DNA of 64,000 nt from Candidatus Doudnabacteria bacterium (lineage in GTDB: Bacteria > Patescibacteriota > Doudnabacteria > UBA920 > O2-02-FULL-48-8), in the NCBI GenBank assembly GCA_016182875.1, contig JACPFQ010000004.1, positions 183,556-247,555 on the forward strand. Direction: 5' to 3'. Positions 1 to 9,817 of this stretch are shown in pieces. Below the pieces are notes generated by a model. That model was not told the DNA's origin, did no database searches, and saw nothing but the letters and a program-made list of their open reading frames with translations. The translations under genes were made by a program, and so were the position numbers. How positions within the stretch are numbered: the first letter of the stretch is position 1; every line of letters begins with the position of its first letter.

Positions 1-1073
1 TGTATGAAAAAGTCGTCGCCACACTTGCGACGACTTTCGTTCGGAGCGAGTCGCTGGCGCGTATTCTAGCGCTGGCATTCGAGTCGGGCAAGAACGTGCT
101 CCTCTGGGGACCAGGAGGACACGGGAAGTCGGAGATGGTTCAGGCGGCGCTCGCATGCGTCGCCGAAGAAGCGAACATTTTCGTCCAGTCCTTTGGCGAG
201 GGCATGGACGAGGCGACGCTTTGGGGTGGGTTGGACTTTGCCGCGCTGGAACGTGATAAGCGCCTAGTCTATCACCCCGAGAACAGCTTCCTCAACCGGC
301 CGTACGCCGTGTTCGAGGAAATGTTCGACGCGCCGGCCTCCGTGCTCTTGGGGTTGAAAGACACCCTGACGGCGAGGAAGCTCCGGAAGGGTTCTCAGGT
401 TTTTGCAATGAAGACCAACGTGATCATCGCGATCACGAACAAGAACCCCGACGAGTTGTCGGACATTGGTCCGGCAGCGGCCGCGCTCGTCGAGCGGTTT
501 CCGCTTCAGCTCAAGGTGGATTGGCCGTCTTATAAGTCGGCCGACTACCTGGAGTTATTCCATAAGGTCGCGCCTCGGTTGACGGGCGCTGATCTCAACG
601 GAACAACCGGCGTTCTGGCCGAGGTTATGGCCAAGGCGTCGGAGGGCGGCGAGGTCGTCTCACCGCGTACCGCGGTGCACGCGCTGGGGATCGTCAAAAC
701 CGCGGCCGCGCTGCGCGGCTCGAGCAAGGTCGAGAAATCTGATTTGCTCGACTTGACGTTTCTGCCCGGGATGGAGGCTTTCGCGGCCAACCTCCGGGCG
801 GAATTGGACGCGGCCTACGAGCGATCGCAGGCCGAAGGACGGTTAGTGGAGGCGGAGCGCAAGTTCCAGTCCCTGCTGGCCACGTTCAATGAGGCCGGCG
901 GATCGCCGGTCAAGCTGCTGCAGGTCGCGAAACGTCTGCGCAGTTTTGAGGACGAGGTAGCCGGTCTGAAAGTGACCGACAATCTCGCTGACCGGCGGAA
1001 AAAGTTGCGCGAGGTTACAGCCGAGCGCGCTGGAGCCGCCCAGCAGGCGGCATTCGACAATACCCGCATCTAG
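1..1073 (+). CDS. MoxR/RavA-like AAA+ ATPase (5' end runs off the window)
   Basis: Walker A GPGGHGKS, Walker B VFEEMFD, sensor TN and ERF arginine finger. The frame is open from base 3 (YEKVVATL...), so the true start is upstream of the ORF-track start at 96. Confidence 0.85.
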   Translation, partial: YEKVVATLATTFVRSESLARILALAFESGKNVLLWGPGGHGKSEMVQAALACVAEEANIFVQSFGEGMDEATLWGGLDFAALERDKRLVYHPENSFLNRPYAVFEEMFDAPASVLLGLKDTLTARKLRKGSQVFAMKTNVIIAITNKNPDELSDIGPAAAALVERFPLQLKVDWPSYKSADYLELFHKVAPRLTGADLNGTTGVLAEVMAKASEGGEVVSPRTAVHALGIVKTAAALRGSSKVEKSDLLDLTFLPGMEAFAANLRAELDAAYERSQAEGRLVEAERKFQSLLATFNEAGGSPVKLLQVAKRLRSFEDEVAGLKVTDNLADRRKKLREVTAERAGAAQQAAFDNTRI

Positions 1074-1090
1074 GCGGGAGGAGGCGTACG

Positions 1091-2438
1091 ATGTCGTACT
1101 CGTTTCGGACGTCGCCGCCTCCCACCTATCTTCCGCCGCAAGCGGAGGAGATGCGGGAAGCGGCCAGTAAGGTCGGCCTCAAGTCTTTTAGTCGGGATTT
1201 AGTGGCTGACCTCTGTAACCTGGCGGCTGGTGGGCAAGTAACTCCACCGTCAGGCTACCGCGACACGGTGCGTAGCCGTGTCGAGGAAACGCTCCCACCT
1301 AGGGATGCGAGTGGTCTCTGGTCTATTCCCGCCCGAACGGGTGGGAAGAAGTTCGGAACCATTCGTAGCAAAGACCGCCGCGAGGTGGTCGAAGTCCTGA
1401 CCGAGGAACAGATGAGGTACCACCGCAATGTCTGCGATTTCTTGCAGACGGTGGACCTTCAAAAATTCCCCGGCAATAGTCCGCTGGAGCAGGCGATGAG
1501 TTTGCTCAAATTGTTGTCGAAACAGCAGGGCGGACAGGGCGGCGGTGAAGCTGGGGAACCCCTCCCCATCTTTGCCGAAAATGAAAGACCAGAGGGGACG
1601 GCTGAAGCCCTCCATGATGTCATGGATCAGGTGGATTCGCTCTCCGAGGAAGAGCAGGACATGCTTGATCCCTCCGGCGCGAACCACCCGGTGATCCAGG
1701 ACTCACCGGAGGGCGACGGTCAGCGGACCGGGCACCATCTCCCGCAAATTGGATCAATTCACCAAGATGCAGGTTCGTCGCCAGTGTCTGGTGGAACCGG
1801 ATCCCACTGGCGAAGAAGTTCGCCAGCGTCCGATCCGGCACTTGGGAGAACTGTCTCGGGTGGCCAAACAGGAATGGGCGACGCGCCAGCAAGCGCCGAC
1901 CTACTTTTTGTACAAAGCCATCTCGGGGCAGCTCCCTGTGCGCGAGCGCGTGACGAGGGTGGAGCGCAAGCAGGCAATCTTCATCCTCGTCGATGGATCC
2001 GGCTCGATGTCGGGCAAGAAGCACTGGAAGGCAACTGGGGTCGTGATGAACCGGTTGAAGTCCGTGCTTGATGGAGACTCGGAAGTTTGGTTGTCGGTTT
2101 TTGACACCAAACTAACCAAAGTCTTCCATGCCACCAACCCGGTGGAGGCCCGCGAACTGATCAAGAAGTTCGCCGCGGGCAACTTCACCGGGGGTGGCAC
2201 TGACATCGCGGCCGCGACTAAGGCCGCGCATGACTATGTTGAGGACCAGATCCAAAAGGGTGCGGCATTATGGCGCCCGGAGGTTGTGGTCCTCACGGAT
2301 GAAGATACTTCCGTGGCCAGTCTCCGCAAGGAGATGATCCCGGGCACGCGTGTGCACGGGTTTGCCATGGAAGTGAAGAACCCCTCGCTCGTCGCGTTCG
2401 CGAAGAGCACGGGCGGGGTCGGCATGGATCAGTTTTAG
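1091..2438 (+). pseudogene. VWA-domain partner protein (ViaA/CoxE-like), split by a frameshift or deletion near 1730-1745
   Basis: GGAGG SD before ATG 1091. The N-part (1091-~1735) and C-part (ORF 1749-2438, with MIDAS DGSGSM, GGGTD and LTDED) are in different frames. It directly follows the AAA ATPase. Confidence 0.75.
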
Positions 2439-2878
2439 GAAGGAGACTGAAATGATCCGTGGTCCGCCGAAAATAACAAAGCTTTACCGGTTTTTGCTCA
2501 AAGCTCCTGCGGGAGAAACCGGTCGTGGTTACTCACGTACAAGCCCAACTCTTCGTACCAGGTAAAAGGTAATAAGCGAAGAGAGCTGACATCTCCACTG
2601 TCCCGGAGTCGGCGTTGTCGATCAATAGAAATTCGATCGACGCGTGGTTACGGCTCAGGGAGTGGCGGCCCCAATCAACCGCCGAACTTTACGCGAGTTT
2701 CTGCTTGCAGCGTAAAGAACGAGGAGTAAAATTCTCCTCTAAAGCAGGCACTTGGATTAGGAGAGAATTGGACCGCACATCCAGTTTTCTCCCTTCCTCC
2801 TAAGGTCATGAATCACGTATCACGCAACACGTATCATGGCTTTGGATGGGAGAGAATTCCAAATTGGAGGAGTTAAAC

Positions 2879-3112
2879 ATGGCGAGAGAAGTGGATTTGG
2901 ATGAACTTTTGCTGTCGCCGCGGGCCGTATTCGGATGGCTAGCCAAGGTCCGGGAATCGGCAGTCGCGCTGGAAGGTGTGAATCCGCAGTTGATTCCGGA
3001 TGAACGCGCCCGGATCAATGACGACGGCACGCTCACTATCTTCGTGGAAATCCCGGGGATAATAACCATAAGCATGGAGGTGCCGCGCGGCGATTGGGCG
3101 TATCGCCAGTGA
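2879..3112 (+). CDS. small hypothetical protein
   Basis: GGAGGAG SD then ATG 2879; 77-aa globular-looking ORF (MAREVDLDELL...). Confidence 0.55.
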   Translation: MAREVDLDELLLSPRAVFGWLAKVRESAVALEGVNPQLIPDERARINDDGTLTIFVEIPGIITISMEVPRGDWAYRQ

Positions 3113-3275
3113 TAGTTAATGGTTTAGGGTTATCCATTAGATAAAACCCTTACTCTTTCTTATTTTTCTTTCCGGATCTGCCGGGGATACTCTCTCCTTC
3201 AGCCCCAGTTTTTTATAAAACCGGAGCTGAATCCCCGTCAGTTTTGGGAAGGAAATTTGAATTTAAAAAAACCGC

Positions 3276-3518
3276 CTAAATCGAGGCGGTTTTTGGTTCG
3301 CTGACGGGCTTGAGCCCTAATTTGTTTTCTATGCGCTTCACCCGGACTTCAAGACTTACATATTCCACGTGCAAGGCTTTGTCTACTTCGGATTCAATAC
3401 GGCTAATGTCAGTTTTGAGTTCATCTTTTAAATCAACCAGATCTTGCCTAGAAGCAGCATTATCAAAGCCGTTTTTGATCATAACAGCCAAATCTTCATT
3501 TGTGACTTGTTTTGTCAT
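3276..3518 (-). CDS. small coiled-coil hypothetical protein
   Basis: 80-aa ORF with heptad pattern and an AGGA SD. Confidence 0.65.
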   Translation of the reverse strand: MTKQVTNEDLAVMIKNGFDNAASRQDLVDLKDELKTDISRIESEVDKALHVEYVSLEVRVKRIENKLGLKPVSEPKTASI

Positions 3519-3627
3519 ATTTTTCCTTTCTGCCGCGGGTTAAATTCGGTAACTTTTATTTTAATCCCGGAAAATAATCCTGTCAAAAGTTGATAGTTGT
3601 TAGTTAATAGTTTATAATTTTTAAGCT

Positions 3628-3714
3628 ATGCCAGGTACTGAGAATTTGACCCGCGATTATGTTTTTATGAAAAAATCCTCAATCAAAACATATCGCGATA
3701 TAATTTTCGACCAG
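3628..3714. repeat. truncated copy of a ~150-bp palindromic (MITE-like) element; full copy at 32429-32577
   Basis: ATGCCAGGTACTGA..TTTGACCCGCGATTATGTTTTT..CCTCAATCAAAACATATCGCGATA..AATTTTCGACCAG is shared with the copy starting at 32429. Confidence 0.8.
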
Positions 3715-3789
3715 TCCATCACCGCCGCCGGCATGGGCTGCATGGCGGCCATGGACGCCGAAAAGTATCTGGAAATGGACCACGGCTAG
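3712..3789 (+). pseudogene. trxB: C-terminal remnant of thioredoxin reductase
   Basis: Translates QSITAAGMGCMAAMDAEKYLEMDHG*, matching the TrxB C-terminal motif (QAITAAGxGCxAAxDAExYL). No upstream coding part remains. Confidence 0.8.
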
Positions 3790-3848
3790 TCGTTGCAAGA
3801 AAAAATAGCTTGTGTTAAATTATGAATAATTAAAATAAACTATGTCTT

Positions 3849-4241
3849 ATGTATACGGAGCGCGAAGGTCCAACACCCGAAGAGCTTGGTCAGACTCCCG
3901 AGGTTAGAAATCCAGTATTGGAACGATACGGACGTGAAATCAGCGGTTTGTTAATTAGGGCCAGAGAAAGATTAGATTATCTTAACAATTTTAATCTAAG
4001 CGACAAGGCAGCTAGAATTCAGGCCGCAGGCAGACTTGCTGATGAGTCGGAAGTTGCAAGCTATCAGAATATTAAACGAGGATCGGCTGTACTCACTAGG
4101 ATGATCGAAGACTTAGAATTGGCTCAGTCAGCGGTGTCTGAGGGAAGAAGTAACGTGAATCCACTAAAACATGTCGAAGATGTTATTAGAAGTGCCAGAG
4201 AAACCTGGAAACGGGAATTTGAACCACCGGATTCAAGGTAG
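3849..4241 (+). CDS. hypothetical protein
   Basis: 130-aa helical ORF followed by a hairpin and T run (about 4250-4276). Confidence 0.6.
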   Translation: MYTEREGPTPEELGQTPEVRNPVLERYGREISGLLIRARERLDYLNNFNLSDKAARIQAAGRLADESEVASYQNIKRGSAVLTRMIEDLELAQSAVSEGRSNVNPLKHVEDVIRSARETWKREFEPPDSR

Positions 4242-4311
4242 CTGAAGAAAAAATTGACCGGCGCAAGCCGGTTTTGATTATGCCCCCTTCTTTGCTATAA
4301 TTTTTAAGCTT

Positions 4312-4818
4312 ATGAAAACCGTTATTGTCATCGTCATTGTCATGGTTGCTTTTTTGGGCTTAGGCTTTTTATTGTTTAAGCAATCAAACAAGCCTGAATC
4401 GCCCAAGGATTTGCCAGGCCAAGCCATTGAACTGCAGGGAGCACAACATATCCCAGAAGGTTCCACTGACCATCCACCATATAATTCCAATCCGCCGACT
4501 TCGGGCTGGCACTGGCCGCAGCCAGCAAGCTGGGGCGCTTATAATGAATCCCAGCCGGACGAGCGTCTGATTCATAATTTGGAACATGGCGGCATTTGGA
4601 TTTCATATAAGTCCAGTTTGGATTCCACAACCGTTGAGCTGCTTAAGGACTTTGCCCGCCGATATCGCAAAGTTATTGTCGCTCCCCGGGATGCCAATGA
4701 TAGCCTGATTGCTGTTGTCGCGTGGGGGAGATTGATGAAGTTGGATGGTTTTGACGAAAACCAAATCCTGAAGTTTATCGAAGCGTATTATGACGAGGGC
4801 CCAGAGAAAGCTCCATAG
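4312..4818 (+). CDS. DUF3105 family membrane-anchored protein
   Basis: N-terminal TM; motifs YNSNPPTSGWHW and IHNLEHGGIWISY. Confidence 0.85.
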   Translation: MKTVIVIVIVMVAFLGLGFLLFKQSNKPESPKDLPGQAIELQGAQHIPEGSTDHPPYNSNPPTSGWHWPQPASWGAYNESQPDERLIHNLEHGGIWISYKSSLDSTTVELLKDFARRYRKVIVAPRDANDSLIAVVAWGRLMKLDGFDENQILKFIEAYYDEGPEKAP

Positions 4819-4822
4819 CAAT

Positions 4823-6067
4823 ATGCCAAGCAAAATGAATCCATTTAAATCCGCCATGCAGCAGCTGACTGAAGCGGCGGCGGTCATGAAGCTGGATAAG
4901 GAAATCCTATCAGCACTTCGCGAACCAGACCGCACCATAAACGTCAGCCTGCCCGTTCGCATGGATGATGGCCGAATAAAAGTTTTTCAAGGCTACAGAA
5001 TCCAGTACAATGACGCCCGCGGGCCTTATAAAGGCGGAATGCGCTACCATCCGCAGGTAAATATGGATGAAATAAAAGCCTTGGGTTTTTTGCAGACCAT
5101 CAAAAACGCCGTGGTCAATTTGTTTTATGGCGGCGCCAAAGGCGGGATTAGCGTTGACCCCAAAAAATTGTCCAAAGCCGAGCTTGAGCGGCTGTCTCGA
5201 ATGTTCATCCAAAGAATCGCTAAGGACATTGGTCCAGAAACTGACGTTCCGGCCCCGGACGTCAATACCGACTCGGAAATTATGGGCTGGATGGTTGACG
5301 AGTATTCAAAAATCGTGGGTAAATTTACGCCGGCCGCGATAACCGGAAAACCCTTGAGCCTCGGCGGCTCGCAAGGCCGGGAAGAGGCGACTGGCTACGG
5401 CGGCATGGTCGTTTTGAAGCAAATTCTAAAAGAGCAAAAAATCAAAAAGCTGCCGACAGTCGCCGTTCAGGGATTTGGCAATGTTGGCTACTTTTTTGCC
5501 TTATTCGCCCAGTCTTCCAACTTCAAAGTCGTCGCGGTTTCCGACTCGAAGGGCGGAATTTACTCGGCTAAAGGACTGGATGTCAGGAAGGTTCACGAGT
5601 GGAAGAAGCAAATGGGGCAGCTGAAGGGCTACCCGGGAAGCACCACCCTTTCGAACGAGCAGCTGCTTGAGCTGCCGGTTGACGTTTTGGTTCCAGCGGC
5701 CTTGGAAAATCAAATTCACAAAGACAACGCGAAAAAAATTCAGGCCAGGATTATCGTGGAAATGGGCAACGGTCCGGTAACCGCGGAAGCCGACCCGATC
5801 TTGATAAAAAGAAAAATTTTGGTCGTCCCGGACGTTTTGGCCAACTCCGGAGGCGTGGCCACTTCTTATCTTGAATGGTCCCAAAATCGAAGCGGCGTTT
5901 ACTGGTCGGAGCAGGAGGTATTGCAGAAGCTAGAAGCATACATGATTGCCGCAACCCGCAACGTTTTGTCGACTGTTCGCGAATACAAGGTCGCCGATTT
6001 GCGCACTGCGGCCTTTATTTTGGCGCTTAGGCGCATTGCTGATGCAATGCAGGCCAGAGGGCTGTAG
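4823..6067 (+). CDS. gdhA: Glu/Leu/Phe/Val dehydrogenase (glutamate dehydrogenase)
   Basis: GPYKGGMRYHP, GGAKGG, DVPAPDVNT, QGFGNVG, PDVLANSGGV. Confidence 0.92.
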   Translation: MPSKMNPFKSAMQQLTEAAAVMKLDKEILSALREPDRTINVSLPVRMDDGRIKVFQGYRIQYNDARGPYKGGMRYHPQVNMDEIKALGFLQTIKNAVVNLFYGGAKGGISVDPKKLSKAELERLSRMFIQRIAKDIGPETDVPAPDVNTDSEIMGWMVDEYSKIVGKFTPAAITGKPLSLGGSQGREEATGYGGMVVLKQILKEQKIKKLPTVAVQGFGNVGYFFALFAQSSNFKVVAVSDSKGGIYSAKGLDVRKVHEWKKQMGQLKGYPGSTTLSNEQLLELPVDVLVPAALENQIHKDNAKKIQARIIVEMGNGPVTAEADPILIKRKILVVPDVLANSGGVATSYLEWSQNRSGVYWSEQEVLQKLEAYMIAATRNVLSTVREYKVADLRTAAFILALRRIADAMQARGL

Positions 6068-6093
6068 TATAATTATTACCAGAAAGGAAAAAC

Positions 6094-6489
6094 ATGAAAT
6101 TTAAATTATTGTTAGTCTTGGCAGTTTTGGTCTTCGGAGCTGCCGCGTGCAATAAAAAAACGGAAAATCCCGCTGCCTCACTGCCTCCCATTAAAGCAAC
6201 CCCAACAGAAGTTGCTCAACAGGAAGTTATCGTTTCGGAAAATGGTTTTTCGCCTTCAGAGATCACAATCAAGAAAGGCAGTGTGGTCACTTTTATAAAT
6301 AAAAGCAGCAAAGCGGTCTGGCCAGCCTCGGATCCCCACCCCACGCACACTGATTATTCCGGTTTTGATCCAAAAAAAGCTGTTGAATCCGGAGCCAGCT
6401 GGAGCTTTACCTTCGATCAGATTGGCGAATGGGGGTATCATGACCACTTATCGCCATTTCGGAAAGGAACGATCAAAGTTACGGATTAA
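6094..6489 (+). CDS. cupredoxin/plastocyanin-like lipoprotein
   Basis: Lipobox AAAC; WPASDPHPTHTDY and WGYHDHL cupredoxin-like motifs. Confidence 0.75.
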   Translation: MKFKLLLVLAVLVFGAAACNKKTENPAASLPPIKATPTEVAQQEVIVSENGFSPSEITIKKGSVVTFINKSSKAVWPASDPHPTHTDYSGFDPKKAVESGASWSFTFDQIGEWGYHDHLSPFRKGTIKVTD

Positions 6490-7058
6490 GAATTGGCTCT
6501 CTCCACGTATTCACCGCTTCTCGTATCCACCCGGACAATATCGCCTTCTTTGATAAAGAGCGGGACATTTACCGTAATCCCGGTTTCCAGTTTGGCCGGC
6601 TTAGAGCCGCCGGTTGCAGTATCACCTTTGATGCCTGGGGCGGCTTCTACCACCTTCAATTCGATTTTTATGGGCAGTTCCAGCCCGATGGGGCGATCTT
6701 CAAAAAAAATAACAGTTGTCTCACTGCCTTCCTTAAGAAAGCCTTTTTGCTCGGCAATGACGTCCTCCGGCAGCAAAATGGTTTCAAAAGTTTGAGGATC
6801 CATGAAGTTGGCGCCCGACTGGTCGTTATACAAAAACTGCGCTTTTTTTTTGACGATATCCGCGCCCTCCACCTTTTCGCCGAATTTGAACGAATATTCC
6901 ATGACTTTGCCGGTAATCAGATTGCGCATCTTGGTTTGAATAACCGGCTTGCGCTGAGCGGTGCGCATAAAATTAGACCAGATGATTTGATAGGGCTGGT
7001 CTTGGTATTTGATGATTGTCCCGACAGATTTGAGGTCTGAGAAATCGAGAACTGACAT
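6486..7058 (-). CDS. efp: elongation factor P
   Basis: KGDTATGGSKPAKLETG, VPLFIKEGD, VDTRSGEYVERA. Confidence 0.95.
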   Translation of the reverse strand: MSVLDFSDLKSVGTIIKYQDQPYQIIWSNFMRTAQRKPVIQTKMRNLITGKVMEYSFKFGEKVEGADIVKKKAQFLYNDQSGANFMDPQTFETILLPEDVIAEQKGFLKEGSETTVIFFEDRPIGLELPIKIELKVVEAAPGIKGDTATGGSKPAKLETGITVNVPLFIKEGDIVRVDTRSGEYVERANS

Positions 7059-7150
7059 GGAGAATTATAAATTTTAAGTTTTAAATTTGAAATAAAATAT
7101 TTAAATAATAAAATTATATTTAAAATTGCTAATTTATAATTTAAAATTAT

Positions 7151-7372
7151 TTAAGTGCTTACGAAGGGCAGCAGTGCCATATGCCGGGCGCGTTTTAAGG
7201 CTCGCACCACCATCCGCTGGTGGGAAGCGCAGTTGCCGGTGCGCGCGCGGGACAAGATTTTGGCATGCGGCGACATGAACCGCCTGAGAAACTGGGTGTC
7301 TTTATAGTCAGCGTATGAAATTTTTTCCTGGCAGAAGACGCAGGATTTTTTGATTTGCTGTGGTATACCCAT
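7151..7372 (-). CDS. rpsR: 30S ribosomal protein S18 (Zn-binding, Cys-containing form)
   Basis: CVFC...DYKD...KIL.RARTGNCASHQR...ALKRARHMALLPF. Confidence 0.95.
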   Translation of the reverse strand: MGIPQQIKKSCVFCQEKISYADYKDTQFLRRFMSPHAKILSRARTGNCASHQRMVVRALKRARHMALLPFVST

Positions 7373-7375
7373 AGT

Positions 7376-7801
7376 TTAGAAAGGGATATCGCTATCCTCG
7401 ATTTGAATGACCGACTCCTCGGGCTGGGACGCTGGCTGTTGGGCCGGCTGTTCGGCTGCTGGGCTTCCGGGAGTAGTCCTGGGCCCAAGCTGAATTTTTT
7501 CAGCAATAATTTCGGTCCGGTTCTTTTTCTGGCCGTCATTGCCGTCCCAGGACCTCGTCTGGAGCCGGCCTTCGACGTAAACTATCGAGCCTTTTTTCAG
7601 GTATTGTTCTGCGATGTCGGCGAGTCTGCGCCAAACCACGACGTTATGGAATTCGACCTGCTCGTGCTTCTGTCCTTGCTGGTCGGTCCAGCGATAATTG
7701 GTGGCCACGCCGAAGGAAGCAACCTTAGCGCCGCTGGGAGTAGAGCGGACTTCCGGGTCGCGGGTCAAGCGCCCAATAATCATTGCTTTGTTTAAGTCCA
7801 T
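7376..7801 (-). CDS. ssb: single-stranded DNA-binding protein
   Basis: LNKAMIIGRLTRDPE, VYVEGRLQTRSW, acidic C-tail DIPF. Confidence 0.96.
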   Translation of the reverse strand: MDLNKAMIIGRLTRDPEVRSTPSGAKVASFGVATNYRWTDQQGQKHEQVEFHNVVVWRRLADIAEQYLKKGSIVYVEGRLQTRSWDGNDGQKKNRTEIIAEKIQLGPRTTPGSPAAEQPAQQPASQPEESVIQIEDSDIPF

Positions 7802-7821
7802 AGAATTATTTTTTAATGATT

Positions 7822-7879
7822 AATTTTGAATTTTGATTCAAATTCGAATTTAAGAAATTAGAATATTCATTCGAAATTC
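7822..7879. repeat. 58-bp AT-rich intergenic repeat, identical to 59266-59323
   Basis: AATTTTGAATTTTGATTCAAATTCGAATTTAAGAAATTAGAATATTCATTCGAAATTC at both loci. Confidence 0.85.
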
Positions 7880-7920
7880 CCGCCGGAGGCGAGGCTCGCC
7901 CAAGGCGGCAAAACTCGAAA

Positions 7921-8370
7921 TTATTTAGTAAGATCCTCTGAGCCTAGTGCCTTGGCAATCTTCTGCTCCAGCTCGGTCTCGGTCAGCTTAATTTCAGGCC
8001 CCGCCGGTTTAACTTCAGGCTTTGGCCTTCTCAGCGGCTTCATTTTTTCTTTATAGGCGGCATCCTTGGCTTTTCTGCGTTCGAGTTCTTCGACATTAAC
8101 GACCAGGTAGCGGATAATCGAGTCCAGGCTTCGCAGCTTATTGTCCAGGGCCGCAAGCTTGGGAGAATCAAAGTTGAAGGTTTGTAAAATATAAAAACCG
8201 TTCCTGGTTTTCTTGATTGGGTAGGCTAGTTTTTTCTTTCCCAGCAACTCGGAAGTCAAGATTGTTCCGCCCTCGTCCTTGATAAATTTGTCTACTTCAG
8301 AATTGATTTGGGGGGCGTCGTTGTCGGAAACGGCTGAAGATAAAATATACATCAACTCATATTTTGGCAT
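7921..8370 (-). CDS. rpsF: 30S ribosomal protein S6
   Basis: YELMYIL, GKKKLAYPIKK, IIRYLVV; rpsF-ssb-rpsR synteny. Confidence 0.95.
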   Translation of the reverse strand: MPKYELMYILSSAVSDNDAPQINSEVDKFIKDEGGTILTSELLGKKKLAYPIKKTRNGFYILQTFNFDSPKLAALDNKLRSLDSIIRYLVVNVEELERRKAKDAAYKEKMKPLRRPKPEVKPAGPEIKLTETELEQKIAKALGSEDLTK

Positions 8371-8484
8371 CTTGGGATTGCTCCTTGGGATCAGCCGCCG
8401 TATTTCAGGGGCCGAATATAAAGCTTAAATTGTAGCCCTGCTATTTTAGCAAAAACCACGAGCCTTGGTCAAGGATAGAATGTG

Positions 8485-9549
8485 CTACGGGTTGAACCGG
8501 AAATGGACCACGTCGCCGTCCTCAACTACGTAATCTTTTCCTTCGAGGCGGAGCCAGCCCTTATCGCGCGCGCCTGCATAGCCGCCAGCTTCGAGTAGTT
8601 TATCCCAGGCTATCACCTCGGCCTTGATAAATCCCTTTTCGAAGTCAGTATGGATGACTCCGGCAGCTTGCGGAGCTTTTGTACCCTTCACGATAGTCCA
8701 TGCCTTAGTTTCTTTTGGTCCAGCCGTGAAAAAAGTTATTAGATTTAAAAGTTTATAAGCTGCTCGAGCCAAACGGTCCAAGCCGGATTCGGTTATTCCT
8801 AGTTCTTTCATGTATTCCGCGCGCTCTTCGTCTTTGAGCTCTGCCAGTTCTGATTCGAGCTTGACGTCGATTGGAATAACCGGGCTTGACATAAAAATAT
8901 CGACCGATATTTTTATGTCATTGCTAGCATTAGCTATATAAAGTGTAGGCTTCATGGTCAGAAGCTGCAATTGCTTCACAAGACGCAGTTCTTCCTCGGC
9001 TAAAACCACTGTACGGGCAAGTTTTCCGGCTTCCAAAGAACTCTTGATTTTCTCCAAAGCATTTTTGAGTGCTATAGCCTCTTTGTCGCCGGATTTAACC
9101 TCGCGCACCAAACCTTCAAGCCGCTTGTTGATAGTAGATAAGTCCGCCAGCATCAGCTCCAGGTTGACGACCTCGATATCCCTTTCCGGATTAACCGAGC
9201 CGTCGACATGAATAATGTCCTTGTTTTCAAAAAACCGCACGACCTGAACTATCGCGTCGACTTCGCGGATATGGGATAAAAATTTGTTACCCAAACCATT
9301 ACCTTCCGCCGCCCCTTTGACCAAGCCCGCGATGTCGACAAATTCAATCGAGGTAGGAACCAGCTTTTCGGACTTCTCGAGTTTCGCAAGCTTCTCTATC
9401 CTTTCGTCAGGCACGGCAATCACCCCCACGTTCGGCTCGATGGTGGTAAAGGGAAAATTCGAGGCCGCCGCGGCCTGTTTGGTTAGAGCGTTAAATAAAG
9501 TCGACTTCCCAACGTTGGGAAGTCCAACGATGCCGACAGAGAATGACAT
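8485..9549 (-). CDS. ychF: redox-regulated ribosome-binding ATPase YchF
   Basis: GLPNVGKSTLFN, DIAGLVKGA, GLGNKFLSHIRE, AGVIHTDFEKGFI. Confidence 0.96.
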   Translation of the reverse strand: MSFSVGIVGLPNVGKSTLFNALTKQAAAASNFPFTTIEPNVGVIAVPDERIEKLAKLEKSEKLVPTSIEFVDIAGLVKGAAEGNGLGNKFLSHIREVDAIVQVVRFFENKDIIHVDGSVNPERDIEVVNLELMLADLSTINKRLEGLVREVKSGDKEAIALKNALEKIKSSLEAGKLARTVVLAEEELRLVKQLQLLTMKPTLYIANASNDIKISVDIFMSSPVIPIDVKLESELAELKDEERAEYMKELGITESGLDRLARAAYKLLNLITFFTAGPKETKAWTIVKGTKAPQAAGVIHTDFEKGFIKAEVIAWDKLLEAGGYAGARDKGWLRLEGKDYVVEDGDVVHFRFNP

Positions 9550-9593
9550 AATTGCTGGATTATTGTATCATTTTAACGAAAGGAAATAAATCA

Positions 9594-9740
9594 ATGGCAG
9601 AAACAGAGTCAAGGCCGCCGATGGAAGCAAAACCGCAGCAGTCGCCTCCCCCTCCTACGCGGGAGCAGAGGAGGGAGTGGGACCGTCCAAAGCCAGGCGA
9701 GCTTGCAGATAACCCCGAACATTGGCGGGAAAAAGACTAA
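9594..9740 (+). CDS. small proline-rich hypothetical protein
   Basis: AAGGA SD then ATG (MAETESRPP...), 48 aa. Confidence 0.35.
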   Translation: MAETESRPPMEAKPQQSPPPPTREQRREWDRPKPGELADNPEHWREKD

Positions 9741-9817
9741 AATTTTGAATCAGTGCTGCGAAAGTCAAAAAGGAGCATCAGGCTCCTCCAGTTTCAGATA
9801 CTTTACAAAAAAAGGAT

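Noticed and set aside
2452-2803. Possible small gene after the VWA gene
   Set aside because: An SD and ATG are present, but the frame stops after 37 codons and the fragments give no recognisable product.
8371-8430. S6:S18 autoregulatory leader upstream of rpsF
   Set aside because: A hairpin next to the SD is present, but I could not confirm the conserved CCG internal-loop geometry by eye.
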